DNA of 60,406 nt from Elusimicrobiota bacterium (lineage in GTDB: Bacteria > RUG730 > JBDRED01). Below, piece after piece: positions 1 to 9,254 of the stretch. The notes under the pieces were generated by a model. That model did not search any database, was not told the DNA's origin, and worked only from the letters and a program-made list of their open reading frames with translations. The stretch's first letter is position 1, and every line of letters starts with the position of its first letter. The DNA lies in contig JBDRED010000009.1 in NCBI GenBank assembly GCA_043820025.1, positions 1 through 60,406 on the forward strand, given 5' to 3'. A program made the position numbers and the translations under genes.

Positions 1-316
1 TAACCTTCTTTACCTTAGGTTCTTTTACCTTCTTTACTTTAGGAGCTTTTGGTTCCTTAACCTTCTTTACCTTAGGTTCTTTTACCTTCTTTACTTTAGG
101 AGCTTTCGGTTCCTTAACCTTCTTTACCTTAGGTTCTTTTACCTTCTTTACTTTAGGAGCTTTTGGTTCCTTTATCTTCTTTACCTTAGGTTCTTTTACC
201 TTCTTTACTTTAGGCGCTTTTGGTTCCTTAACCTTCTTTACTTTCGGTTCTTTTACTTTCTTTACTTTAAGCGCTTTTGGTTCCTTTATCTTCTTTACCT
301 TAGGTTCTTTTACCTT
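1..316 (-). repeat. 57-bp tandem repeat, about 5.5 copies, encoding the 19-aa unit KEPKAPKVKKVKEPKVKKV
   Basis: Units 2-58, 59-115, 116-172, 173-229, 230-286 and a partial unit 287-316 differ by only a few substitutions when aligned by eye. Confidence 0.9.
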
Positions 317-529
317 TATAGGTTTATCAACAACCTTCTTACTAACTTTTTTTACCTTTACATTCTTTGTTTTGACTTTTTCTGCAACATTTTCTTTATT
401 TGCCTTTGTTGTGTCTCCGAAAACAGTTGTGTCCTCGGAAACAGGCGCAGCTATTAAAATGCCATTTGATACGCAAAATGTTAGAGCTGTGATAAAAATA
501 ATTAAAAGTTTTGGAATTTTATTTTTCAT
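1..529 (-). CDS. Secreted Lys/Pro-rich KEPK-repeat protein, N-terminal part only (gene continues past the left edge)
   Basis: Absent from the ORF track because no stop lies in the window. ATG at 529-527 has GGTGG just upstream. My translation is MKNKIPKLLIIFITALTFCVSNGILIAAPVSEDTTVFGDTTKANKEN... (signal-peptide-like), then at least 5 units of KEPKAPKVKKVKEPKVKKV running to base 1. Confidence 0.75.
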   Translation of the reverse strand, partial: MKNKIPKLLIIFITALTFCVSNGILIAAPVSEDTTVFGDTTKANKENVAEKVKTKNVKVKKVSKKVVDKPIKVKEPKVKKIKEPKALKVKKVKEPKVKKVKEPKAPKVKKVKEPKVKKIKEPKAPKVKKVKEPKVKKVKEPKAPKVKKVKEPKVKKVKEPKAPKVKKVKEPKVKKV

Positions 530-552
530 AAACCACCTATTTTAAAAAGATA

Positions 553-1437
553 CTATTTTACAAATTGTATTTCATCTAAATACAACGTAAATCCGCTTGG
601 GTTATCTTCAGCGCTTGCTGACCATGAAAACCCTCCTATTATATGACTCAAATCCTTGTCTTTTAAATTTATTGTATACTTTTTCCATTTTTTAGTAAGC
701 ATAATAGGGCCAATTGACGCAACTGTTGAGTCCGGATATTTACCCGTAATTCCGCCAACATTAAACTCAGCAATAATTTCATCGCCTTTTTCTCCACGCG
801 CCCAGAACTCAAGTTTCTTAATACCGGTTAAATCAAACCCTTCCTTTTCTACACCCCAATTATTCGCAGGATACTGCCAGTATATTCCTGCCCAGCCTGC
901 GCCTTGGATTTTTTCAGCGCTATAATCAATTTTTACACAAGTTTGCCCTTTGAAAGGCTTAATACGGCATCTTGGTGAATATTTTATATCTCCTGTGTCA
1001 CCCATCCATCCTGAAGGTATAAAATGGTTTTCATCAGAACGAAGTTCTGTAAATACATAAAACTTTTTCATACCCTTTTTATTAGAAGATTTCTTAACCT
1101 TAGGCGCTTTTGGTTCCTTTATCTTCTTTACCTTAGGTTCTTTAATTTTCTTAACTTTAGGAGCTTTTGGTTCTTTTACCTTCTTTATCTTAGGTTCTTT
1201 TACTTTCTTTACTTTAGGTTCTTTTACTTTCTTTACTTTAGGCGCTTTTGGCTTTCTTTCTCTTTTTCCTTTTTTTGTTACTTCTTTTGTAACTGTTTTT
1301 GTTGTAATTGTTTCCATGCTTTCAGTAGTTACGCCTGTGTCTGCCCCTGTTGTACTCTCAACTTTCCCGGGCTGAGCATATAGCCCCGCAACCATACTTA
1401 TTACTAAGATTATTGCTAACATTGTCTTTTTAATCAT
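553..1437 (-). CDS. Secreted protein: signal peptide, Thr-rich linker, KEPK lysine-rich repeats, C-terminal ~170-aa CBM-like beta-sandwich domain
   Basis: 294-aa ORF. N-terminus MIKKTMLAIILVISMVAGLYAQ. Repeat block KVKKVKEPKVKKVKEPKIKKVKEPKAPKVKKIKEPK. C-terminal domain carries IPSGWMGD, GWAGIYWQYPANNWG and FTLYLDEIQF, a pattern typical of galactose-binding-like/CBM folds. The family was not assigned. Confidence 0.8.
   Translation of the reverse strand: MIKKTMLAIILVISMVAGLYAQPGKVESTTGADTGVTTESMETITTKTVTKEVTKKGKRERKPKAPKVKKVKEPKVKKVKEPKIKKVKEPKAPKVKKIKEPKVKKIKEPKAPKVKKSSNKKGMKKFYVFTELRSDENHFIPSGWMGDTGDIKYSPRCRIKPFKGQTCVKIDYSAEKIQGAGWAGIYWQYPANNWGVEKEGFDLTGIKKLEFWARGEKGDEIIAEFNVGGITGKYPDSTVASIGPIMLTKKWKKYTINLKDKDLSHIIGGFSWSASAEDNPSGFTLYLDEIQFVK
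1093..1256 (-). repeat. Degenerate copy of the KEPK coding repeat inside the second gene
   Basis: Same cttctttaccttaggttctttt / ctttaggagcttttggttc building blocks as 1-316, but more diverged. Confidence 0.8.
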
Positions 1438-1463
1438 TTTCTTTCTTCCTCCTTTAATTTTTC

Positions 1464-1943
1464 CTAAAACGGAATATTATAAGCTACCATAAAGGCATCT
1501 TTTTTATTATACATTGCATATTTCTTCTTTTTCCTGCTATTTTCAATTTTTTTGCCGGTTGAATACGCGTCTAACACACCAAACAACCAGACAATCGCAG
1601 TAAAAGCCAAAGAATAATACATGTAATTTGTATAATCAATGTAGTCATCATACAACTCATCGTCTCTCAATCCTTTATTCTCATAATCATTATAAAAAGT
1701 ATCTGATTTAAGCTTAAAATAAAGCGCGCTTGCTAACCCGGCGCCGGCCGCAATCATTAAGATCAAACCCTTATCCTTTTTATCTAAAAAACTTTGCCCC
1801 CACCCGGGTATTATTAATGAACGGACAACTGCGCTAGTTGCTGACTTTTTTAAAAGGTAATAATCTTTTGGCATATCAGCCTGAGCAGCTGCCTGTCCAA
1901 CAATAATCGTCATTACTAAAAAAAATGATATTAGTTTTTTCAT
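1464..1943 (-). CDS. Small membrane protein with PGWGQ motif (signal/anchor plus two further hydrophobic helices)
   Basis: 159-aa ORF. Contains IIPGWGQSFLDKKDKG followed by hydrophobic LILMIAAGAGLASALYF and a later helix SLAFTAIVWLFGVL. 3-nt gap to the upstream gene. Confidence 0.7.
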   Translation of the reverse strand: MKKLISFFLVMTIIVGQAAAQADMPKDYYLLKKSATSAVVRSLIIPGWGQSFLDKKDKGLILMIAAGAGLASALYFKLKSDTFYNDYENKGLRDDELYDDYIDYTNYMYYSLAFTAIVWLFGVLDAYSTGKKIENSRKKKKYAMYNKKDAFMVAYNIPF

Positions 1944-1946
1944 AGT

Positions 1947-2585
1947 TTATACCTTTTTATATTCAATGTTATCGATATATACAGTACCGCCATTCCCTTG
2001 TGAAATACCCGTATAGTTCATAATAATTTTAATTACTTCTTTTATATTTGTTAAACTCGCAACACTTGTGATAGTTATACTAAATTCCTTCCATGTTGAC
2101 GGTAAAAGATCATTGTTTGTAATAACAACCTTATCATTTGAATCCGGGCCCTTTACCTCTAAATTTGTTTTATCTGACAATGATCCTTTAGCATAAAACG
2201 TTATTCTATTATATCCTCCCGGAGACATATCTCTTGCAACAGAGTTATCTATATGAAATCCGCACCATTTTGCTGTTTCCCATTGACCATTTGTGGAGTT
2301 ATACGCTTTTTCTAATTGTCCTGTCCATGAATAACGAATACATTTTTTCCCAACGTATGAATCTGTGCCGGTAAAATTAGTTTCTAATGTTTGATAATTA
2401 TATGTAGTATAATATTCAATATCACCGTCAGTATTTAATTCAGTATCATATACATGCCAAACACCGCTCCAATTATTCAATGCCCTGTCGCTCATGGGAT
2501 CATTAATAATATCTCTGGCGTTCTTGCAGCCGCTTAAAATTGACATTATACATATTATTTGGAAAATAATAAATACTTTCTTCAT
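1947..2585 (-). CDS. Lipoprotein with CBM-like beta-sandwich domain
   Basis: 212 aa. Lipobox ILSGC. The C-terminal GGTVYIDNIEYKKV ending and W/G/Y pattern parallel the C-terminal domain of 553-1437. Confidence 0.75.
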   Translation of the reverse strand: MKKVFIIFQIICIMSILSGCKNARDIINDPMSDRALNNWSGVWHVYDTELNTDGDIEYYTTYNYQTLETNFTGTDSYVGKKCIRYSWTGQLEKAYNSTNGQWETAKWCGFHIDNSVARDMSPGGYNRITFYAKGSLSDKTNLEVKGPDSNDKVVITNNDLLPSTWKEFSITITSVASLTNIKEVIKIIMNYTGISQGNGGTVYIDNIEYKKV

Positions 2586-2592
2586 CTATTGC

Positions 2593-5280
2593 TTACCTCA
2601 TAATTACTATTTCTATACGATTATTTTTCTCTATAGCTTCTTTGTCTCTAACCTTTGTGATTGGCGTCTTTTCCCCAAGCCCTACAGATGTTATGATCGA
2701 AGAATCTATGCCTGCAGACGCCATATAGCCGGCTACAGTCTCTGCTCGGCCTTGCGATAATGAACCATTATATCTCTTGAGGCCTTTCTTATCTGTATAT
2801 CCTTCAATCTTTATCTTAGTTATATTTATTCCTTTCATGAAAGCTACTATATCATTAATAAGCGCATTTCCGCCGTCTTTTATCTCAGCCTTTTTAGGTT
2901 CAAAAATATCTCTTGCCGTAATAGTTAAAATCAATCCCCGGGCATCCTCTCTGATATCTACTCTCTTTTTTAATTTATTTATTGCCTCTTTATCAAATAC
3001 CTTTTGTGTGTTGCGCAGAATAAAATTTACAGGCTTGGATTCAGCCTTATTTCCAAGAACATCCGTAGCTCCAATAACGGCATTGAAATGTCCCTCAGGA
3101 ACTAATTTGTTCGTTGCCTCGTCTATGCCATCCCAGCTAAAGTAATCCGGAACTCTTCCTTTTCTGTATATGCGTGAAATTTCTTTATTTTCCTTATCTC
3201 TAATAGAAATCCACCATTCATCAATACCGGAGTAGTCATAAACATACAAATGGAAATCTATTAAATCATTTATGCCATCATTATTAGGCGTAAACAGCAC
3301 TCCTTTTGCAAGGCTGATCTCGACCTGAGGAGGCGCTTTGTCTCCAATTATCGCTCCGTGCATTCCAATCCTCTCTTCAGGTTCTTTAAAGTGAAGAATC
3401 GAATTAAATTTCCAAGCCCATGAAACAGTTACTTCGTCAAAAGATCCTATATCAACAGTATTAATTTTATTATCATCCTCTCGAACTCCAACATAAGAAA
3501 CGCCTAATTCTCCAAATCCTTTAAGATCTCTCTTAATTGACGCTTTATACAGCTGATTTACAACAATACCAAATTCCCTGTGCCATGATTCCGGGCCCCA
3601 GGTATCACTACCATACCCAAGCTCAAGTTTGTATAATCTGTGCTTTAAGATTAGCTCTAATGATAACATGTTTGTCGTTGGTTTTAAGTCATCTTCATCA
3701 TTGGCGTAACTATAACTTCCTGTAGCAACCGGTGAATTGCCTCCACGCGCTACGAGCGTAAGAGAAGTCAGCGATCCTAAACTTGAGCGTAAAACAAAAT
3801 CAATATAATGTAGTGGAGTATTGAATCCAAAAAGGCCATAAACACTTGAAGGCTCCCAAATAACCTTGCCGTCTGCGTTATAGTACCATGTTCTGTCAGT
3901 TGACGTAGGATAATAGTTCATAGAATATCCTAAAGCGCAGGCAAATGGAGATTCAATCGCATCATTTATATTCCATGCTTCCAGGTTTGCAGGTTCGTAC
4001 TTATAAAAATTTGATTTTGCCGAAGGATCATATGTAATAAAAAGGCCGGTAAGCGTTGCTTCTCTATTATCCATATCAACCCTAAAAGGCGCATCCTCTC
4101 CCCTTGGAACAATATAAGCCGGCCCGGGCTGTAATTCAGTTCCTTCATATAAATATGGATTCGCAGATATTAAAGGCTTTCTCCATGTTGCTTTTAACGA
4201 CATTGATAAATGTCTCGCAACCTTTTTGTCAGCAAAACCTTCTATTTCATTTTTATTACCTGCGACAATACCCAAATGTGAATACGAAAGCCGCAATTTA
4301 TCAACAAAAGAAATTAATTTCTCGTTTGGCTCAACAATAATCTTATATCCAATTCCATCCTTTTCCTCAGTTGTGCCATTTTTAACCTTAAACTTAGAGC
4401 CAAGATCACCTTCTCCATCTTTTACATTGTCAACATAAGTATAAGCCTCATTAAGCCTAAACGGCTGATACATTACACCTAATTCAAGGTTTATCGAATT
4501 AATATAACTGATTTTTGAATTTAACGCGTAAGATTCTCTAAACTCATCATCCCATCCCCAAGGAATTTTTTCCCGTCTTGCGACAAAATAATTATCCAAT
4601 TTATAAAATCTGTAATTATATTTAGCGTATAACGAATCTCTCATTCCCCATATCGGCTCGCCGCCAATCACTACAAGCGACCCGACCGGAAGTCTCATTT
4701 CCGCCTCGCCGGCCTCAGGCGCTGTTCTTCCGCTTATATTTAAATAATTTTCAGTATCAAACTGTTCCGGATAAAATCCAAAAATATCGCCTTCATATTT
4801 CCAATTATAGTGTCCTACTCCTTTAAAATAACGCAGTCTTGTGCTCGTAGAATGATATTCGACATCCGCTTTTGTAAACCTGGCATATTGCCTGTCATCA
4901 TATAAACGTTTATAATCATTTACAGGACGCCATAATGTGTCGAGATACCCGCCAAAAATATTTACGCCAATCATGCCCTTAAAATTATCTGTGTGCTTAA
5001 AAAGAAGGTCTAAAGAAAGTGTGTTGCGGCTCGATTTATTCCAATCACTCTCCAAAGCGCCCTGTGTGAAAAAAAACTTTTTATTTATCCCATCCTGGCT
5101 TGCGCTCCACCCGTCAACAGTTCTATTCATTGTATAATCAACAGTATAGTCGCCTTTAAATTGAAGACTGCCGTTTTCTAAATGCGAATAGGACACAGAC
5201 CAGACATATGTTTGTAAAAATAACATTGCAATGCAAAAATAATAAAAAAATTTAAAATTTATTTTACTTAGTAAAGGCAT
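2593..5280 (-). CDS. Large outer-membrane protein: ~640-aa putative beta-barrel, Ig-like domain, C-terminal OmpA-type peptidoglycan-binding domain
   Basis: 895 aa. C-terminus IEGYTDKKGLKRYNGSLSQGRAETVAGYM...NNRIEIVI is an OmpA_C signature. FTPNNDGINDLIDF resembles the FlgD-Ig / CHU_C-type beta-sandwich motif. The N-terminal region is rich in aromatic residues in an alternating pattern. Confidence 0.8.
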   Translation of the reverse strand: MPLLSKINFKFFYYFCIAMLFLQTYVWSVSYSHLENGSLQFKGDYTVDYTMNRTVDGWSASQDGINKKFFFTQGALESDWNKSSRNTLSLDLLFKHTDNFKGMIGVNIFGGYLDTLWRPVNDYKRLYDDRQYARFTKADVEYHSTSTRLRYFKGVGHYNWKYEGDIFGFYPEQFDTENYLNISGRTAPEAGEAEMRLPVGSLVVIGGEPIWGMRDSLYAKYNYRFYKLDNYFVARREKIPWGWDDEFRESYALNSKISYINSINLELGVMYQPFRLNEAYTYVDNVKDGEGDLGSKFKVKNGTTEEKDGIGYKIIVEPNEKLISFVDKLRLSYSHLGIVAGNKNEIEGFADKKVARHLSMSLKATWRKPLISANPYLYEGTELQPGPAYIVPRGEDAPFRVDMDNREATLTGLFITYDPSAKSNFYKYEPANLEAWNINDAIESPFACALGYSMNYYPTSTDRTWYYNADGKVIWEPSSVYGLFGFNTPLHYIDFVLRSSLGSLTSLTLVARGGNSPVATGSYSYANDEDDLKPTTNMLSLELILKHRLYKLELGYGSDTWGPESWHREFGIVVNQLYKASIKRDLKGFGELGVSYVGVREDDNKINTVDIGSFDEVTVSWAWKFNSILHFKEPEERIGMHGAIIGDKAPPQVEISLAKGVLFTPNNDGINDLIDFHLYVYDYSGIDEWWISIRDKENKEISRIYRKGRVPDYFSWDGIDEATNKLVPEGHFNAVIGATDVLGNKAESKPVNFILRNTQKVFDKEAINKLKKRVDIREDARGLILTITARDIFEPKKAEIKDGGNALINDIVAFMKGINITKIKIEGYTDKKGLKRYNGSLSQGRAETVAGYMASAGIDSSIITSVGLGEKTPITKVRDKEAIEKNNRIEIVIMR

Positions 5281-5359
5281 TTGCGCTCCAAATTGAATTT
5301 GATTTAAAGGTATTTTAATCTAGCATATTTAGAAAAATATGCCAAGATTATTTTTATAA

Positions 5360-7288
5360 TTATTTTTTAAGGTTCCATAAATCCTTATATGTATAGTAAG
5401 CTTCTCTTAAATTACGCTGAAAAGGGCTATTCTCCCCATTCCCCTGGCCAACAATACCAAACCACTCTTCATGACCCCATCCATCAGGAAACGGCATTGC
5501 GTATTGCGCCTGTCTTTGCTGTTCAAAAGGAGAATCTCCCTGTGAATCTTTCCACCATTCGTCAAGCCACTCAAAAATTATTCCGCCAAGACAAATCCCC
5601 TCTCCCGGCTGGCCCATTGTGTTATATTCAATATCCTTCCAATTACCCTTGTGGTAATTTGCTTGTTCGATTTCATTTACGCCCTGACGCTCATGATACG
5701 CATCACAACCATACTCAGTAATAATAACAGGTTTTTCAATCTTCTTCTTTATTTTTTTCCATAATGGGCCAAAGCTGTCTCCGCCAAGATAAGCGTTTAC
5801 GCCAAATATATCAATTTCCGGGCTGTATTTATGATAATAATCCAAAAGATCCAGACTGTAATTTCCGACAACTACAGGATGATTTGGGTCAAGTTTATGA
5901 ATCATGGCCGCAACCTCATTTACAAATTCAGTGTATTCCTTAGGAAATTTACTCGCATTTGTAGCTGTGGCATTCACTCCGCCTACATCCGGAAGGTCAT
6001 TCTCGTTGCCAATCGCCCACATAAGAACATAAGGTTCATCCTTGTGATCCATAACCATTCTTTTAACGCTGTCCTTCATCATCTTGCGCTGTAAAGGATC
6101 TCGGTAATCTGTTGAAGACGAATCTGATCCAATACCATACGCGCCTATAAAATCTCCTAATATAACTCGTATACCATACGTCTTATATAAATCTCTTAAT
6201 ATGTCTTTATCAATTCCTCCCTGCTCATAACCCTTCTTTGAAAACATATGGTACATTCTTATGGTATTTACGCCCATATCCTTTAATAATTGAAAATCGC
6301 CGACTATCGGCTCGTTGCTGTCCCGTTTATTATTACTATTACTATCAACCCATGAGTCATAAGCAGCGTCAGATTTTCCATTCTTATTAGTATCCAGTTT
6401 CATCCACTTTGTTTCCCTGCCCGGTTCATCCACCTTTGTACCAATCTTGGTCGGAGCGTAAGTGATGCCTTTTACAATATATGGTTTACCTTTTACCAAT
6501 AACTGCCATTGCCCATTATCATACTGAACTACCTGAACAGCGCCTTCTCCTCTCTGTTTAATAATATTCAGCGCCCCGGCTTTTACCTTTTGCGGCACAC
6601 GCGATTCATTACTCACAAATCTGCCGGGATTAACAACAACAACATCATTTTGAAGATCTGTGTCATCCTTATTTTCTATTTCAACTGAAGCGTCTACGAG
6701 CGTAAAACCCAGATCATCAGCGTATTCCCTGCATAACACATTAATTCTGTCAATCGCTACAGGCGCAACATACCAGACAAAACTTCCGTCAATACCCCAG
6801 CATGCCGTCTGAGGAAAATTAATAACAATAGAATAGTACGCCTTTATAGCCTGCACTATACTTCCGCCGTTTTTTAACGCCTCCGCAGTAAAGAACTGCC
6901 TTGTGCCGGGATCATGGTCTAAATAATTATCATTTACAACATTTGCCGTTGCCCAAGCGAAAAAATCAACCTCAGGATTTCCGGTATTAACATTCTTCCA
7001 AATATCATCTTCAAATGCTTGTTGTTTTAAAAGTTTTTTATAGACAGGGTCTAAAGACGCTTCGCGGTTTGGGTACACGCCCTCGCCTGCAGCGCGGGAT
7101 AAACCCTCTTTATCCGTGATTTTGTACTTGTAATAAGCTGTCCCTATATTCTTAAATTTCCCGTACTTTTCGTAATCAATAATTTTATCGCCTGTATTTT
7201 TTATACGTATTTCCGACCCTAAAACAACCATCTGTAAAAAGCAGATGATTAGCATACTCAGAATTAAACTAACTGTTATTTTTTTCAT
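5360..7288 (-). CDS. Secreted clan GH-A (TIM-barrel) glycoside hydrolase-like protein, paralogue A
   Basis: 642 aa with signal peptide. WAIGNEN (acid/base NE) and VIITEYGCDAY (nucleophile E, GH2 GusA-like ITEYG) lie at the expected spacing. GVNTIRMYH is the first barrel strand. The ~230-aa N-terminal domain is unassigned. Confidence 0.8.
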   Translation of the reverse strand: MKKITVSLILSMLIICFLQMVVLGSEIRIKNTGDKIIDYEKYGKFKNIGTAYYKYKITDKEGLSRAAGEGVYPNREASLDPVYKKLLKQQAFEDDIWKNVNTGNPEVDFFAWATANVVNDNYLDHDPGTRQFFTAEALKNGGSIVQAIKAYYSIVINFPQTACWGIDGSFVWYVAPVAIDRINVLCREYADDLGFTLVDASVEIENKDDTDLQNDVVVVNPGRFVSNESRVPQKVKAGALNIIKQRGEGAVQVVQYDNGQWQLLVKGKPYIVKGITYAPTKIGTKVDEPGRETKWMKLDTNKNGKSDAAYDSWVDSNSNNKRDSNEPIVGDFQLLKDMGVNTIRMYHMFSKKGYEQGGIDKDILRDLYKTYGIRVILGDFIGAYGIGSDSSSTDYRDPLQRKMMKDSVKRMVMDHKDEPYVLMWAIGNENDLPDVGGVNATATNASKFPKEYTEFVNEVAAMIHKLDPNHPVVVGNYSLDLLDYYHKYSPEIDIFGVNAYLGGDSFGPLWKKIKKKIEKPVIITEYGCDAYHERQGVNEIEQANYHKGNWKDIEYNTMGQPGEGICLGGIIFEWLDEWWKDSQGDSPFEQQRQAQYAMPFPDGWGHEEWFGIVGQGNGENSPFQRNLREAYYTYKDLWNLKK

Positions 7289-7346
7289 CTTTCTTTCTCC
7301 TTTTAATATCCATCGATATGTTATAGAAAAAATCTATACCGGATTC

Positions 7347-9254
7347 CTATTGAACATTAGTCTCTTGATCATTCCATACGCTCTTGTAATAATAATAGCT
7401 TTCTCTAATCTGTCTCAAAAACGGACTATTCTTTCCTTTTCCCTGGCTGCAAATACCCAGCCATTCTTCATACATCCACCCATCGGGAAAAGGCCCTGCC
7501 CACTGTCCGGTGCGATCATGATAGTAAGGATAAAAAGCCTTCCACCATCCATCCACCCACTCAAAAACCACTCCTCCCAACGCAATACCTTTCCCTTTGC
7601 CGGCCATATTATTTATAATATCTTCCCAGGCAAATTGGTGATACAGCCTCTGGTAGTGTTCCGCTTCCTTTTGGCTCTTACCCCAATAAAAAGCCGGGCA
7701 TCCATATTCTGTAACTAAAACAGGCTTATTAATTTCACCTTGCAGATCTTCCCAAAATGTTGAGCCAAATCCTTCCATGCCCCTATACGCATTACAGCCA
7801 AAAATATCAATATTGTCGCTATTCTTCGCAAAAACATCTAGAAACAGGACATCCCCGTTACAAATAGCTATAGGATGGTTCGGATCTATTTCCTTTATTT
7901 TTTTCGCAACCTTATTAACAAATTTGTAAAACTGTTCAGGCTGTTCCCCGGCCATACACCCGGATCCCGTAGACTGCTTCTTTATTCCCACTGTGCCATA
8001 ATTATTCTCATTACCAAGAATCCACATAAGAACATACGGCTCATCCTTATGTTCACGAACCATCTTTAAAACGCTTGCCATCATGTTCTTACAATGTTTC
8101 GGATTAGTATAATCTGTGCCTTGAAACCAATCTGCTCCTGACCCTGTTGCATACATTCCCAGAAAATCACCGAGCATTACCATTATTCCGTATTTATTAT
8201 ATAATTCGCGCAGAAGTTTTTTATTCGACGCATGATGATAAACACGCAATGTGTTTACGCCCATATCATGCATAAGCTTAAAATCTCCTACAACTTGCTC
8301 GTTATTGTCTTGAACATCATTCTGATTTAAATCTACCCAGGTATCAAAAGGACAATCAACACGCCCATTTTTATTTATATCGCTCTGCATCCAATCTTTA
8401 AATGTTCCTTTATCCGGGCTCTGTCCAATAACACTCGGGAGATAACCCATCCCTCTTATTTGCCAAAGCCTATCGTTTATAAAAAGCTGCCAATGCTTAT
8501 TATCGTACTGAACCAGTTTTATATCCCCAAATATATTTTCTTTAACCTTATGAAGAGCGTTGATATTAATTTTGGCAGGTGTTACTTGTTTATCAACATT
8601 AACCAGTTTGCCGGGATTAACTATAAAAATATCATTACTGATATCATTATCAAACCTGTTCTTAATTTTTATGAAAGCGCCTTCAATAGCTATCTTTTCT
8701 TCAGGATGATACGCGCACAAAAACTTTATTTTATCAAGAGCAACCTGCCCAACATACCATGGATTATGCCAATATGTTCTTCCTATTGTTCTTGGAAACA
8801 TTACAACAACCGTATAATAAGCTTTTATTGCCTGTTTAATGTGCCCCGCTTTTTCTAAGGCTGATGCCACATAAAACTGCCTCAATCCCGGATGCTCCTC
8901 GTATGAACTGGCCCATTTAAAGAATGCAAGCTCCTTATTATCCACATTAACAAAATCCCACCTATTACCATCTAAAAGGCCTGCTTCCTTGTCCTTAGTA
9001 AAACGCGGGTTCTTATCAAGGCTCCATGTGTTAGGCGCTATTCCTTCTCCCTGCGCTCTGCCTAAACCTTCGTAATCTGAAATTATATATCTATAATTTT
9101 CCGTATCAACTCCGTCAAAACTACCGTACTTGCCGTAATCTACTATATCCTCTGTACCCCAATCACTAATAAAGGTATCAGCCGAATAGGAAAGCGACCC
9201 GGCTAATATTAATGCTGAGGCTAATAAATAAATCCGTTTTGATTTTGCAATCAT
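7347..9254 (-). CDS. Secreted clan GH-A glycoside hydrolase-like protein, paralogue B
   Basis: 635 aa with signal peptide. WILGNEN and VLVTEYGCPAFY. Shares HKDEPYVLMW, DPNHP, IDIFG.NAY and PFPDGW..EEW.GI with paralogue A. The start overlaps the permease stop by 4 nt. Confidence 0.8.
   Translation of the reverse strand: MIAKSKRIYLLASALILAGSLSYSADTFISDWGTEDIVDYGKYGSFDGVDTENYRYIISDYEGLGRAQGEGIAPNTWSLDKNPRFTKDKEAGLLDGNRWDFVNVDNKELAFFKWASSYEEHPGLRQFYVASALEKAGHIKQAIKAYYTVVVMFPRTIGRTYWHNPWYVGQVALDKIKFLCAYHPEEKIAIEGAFIKIKNRFDNDISNDIFIVNPGKLVNVDKQVTPAKININALHKVKENIFGDIKLVQYDNKHWQLFINDRLWQIRGMGYLPSVIGQSPDKGTFKDWMQSDINKNGRVDCPFDTWVDLNQNDVQDNNEQVVGDFKLMHDMGVNTLRVYHHASNKKLLRELYNKYGIMVMLGDFLGMYATGSGADWFQGTDYTNPKHCKNMMASVLKMVREHKDEPYVLMWILGNENNYGTVGIKKQSTGSGCMAGEQPEQFYKFVNKVAKKIKEIDPNHPIAICNGDVLFLDVFAKNSDNIDIFGCNAYRGMEGFGSTFWEDLQGEINKPVLVTEYGCPAFYWGKSQKEAEHYQRLYHQFAWEDIINNMAGKGKGIALGGVVFEWVDGWWKAFYPYYHDRTGQWAGPFPDGWMYEEWLGICSQGKGKNSPFLRQIRESYYYYKSVWNDQETNVQ

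Noticed and set aside
1024-1383. 119-aa plus-strand ORF rich in F/L/R
   Set aside because: It is the antisense reading of the Lys-rich KEPK repeat (AAG/AAA codons read as CTT/TTT). The minus-strand protein has a signal peptide and a folded domain.
7245-7718. 157-aa plus-strand ORF bridging the gap between the two GH paralogues
   Set aside because: It is antisense to both hydrolase genes, with no start context or motif. The other plus-strand track ORFs (for example 2494-2760, 13788-14261, 33230-33703) are rejected for the same reason.
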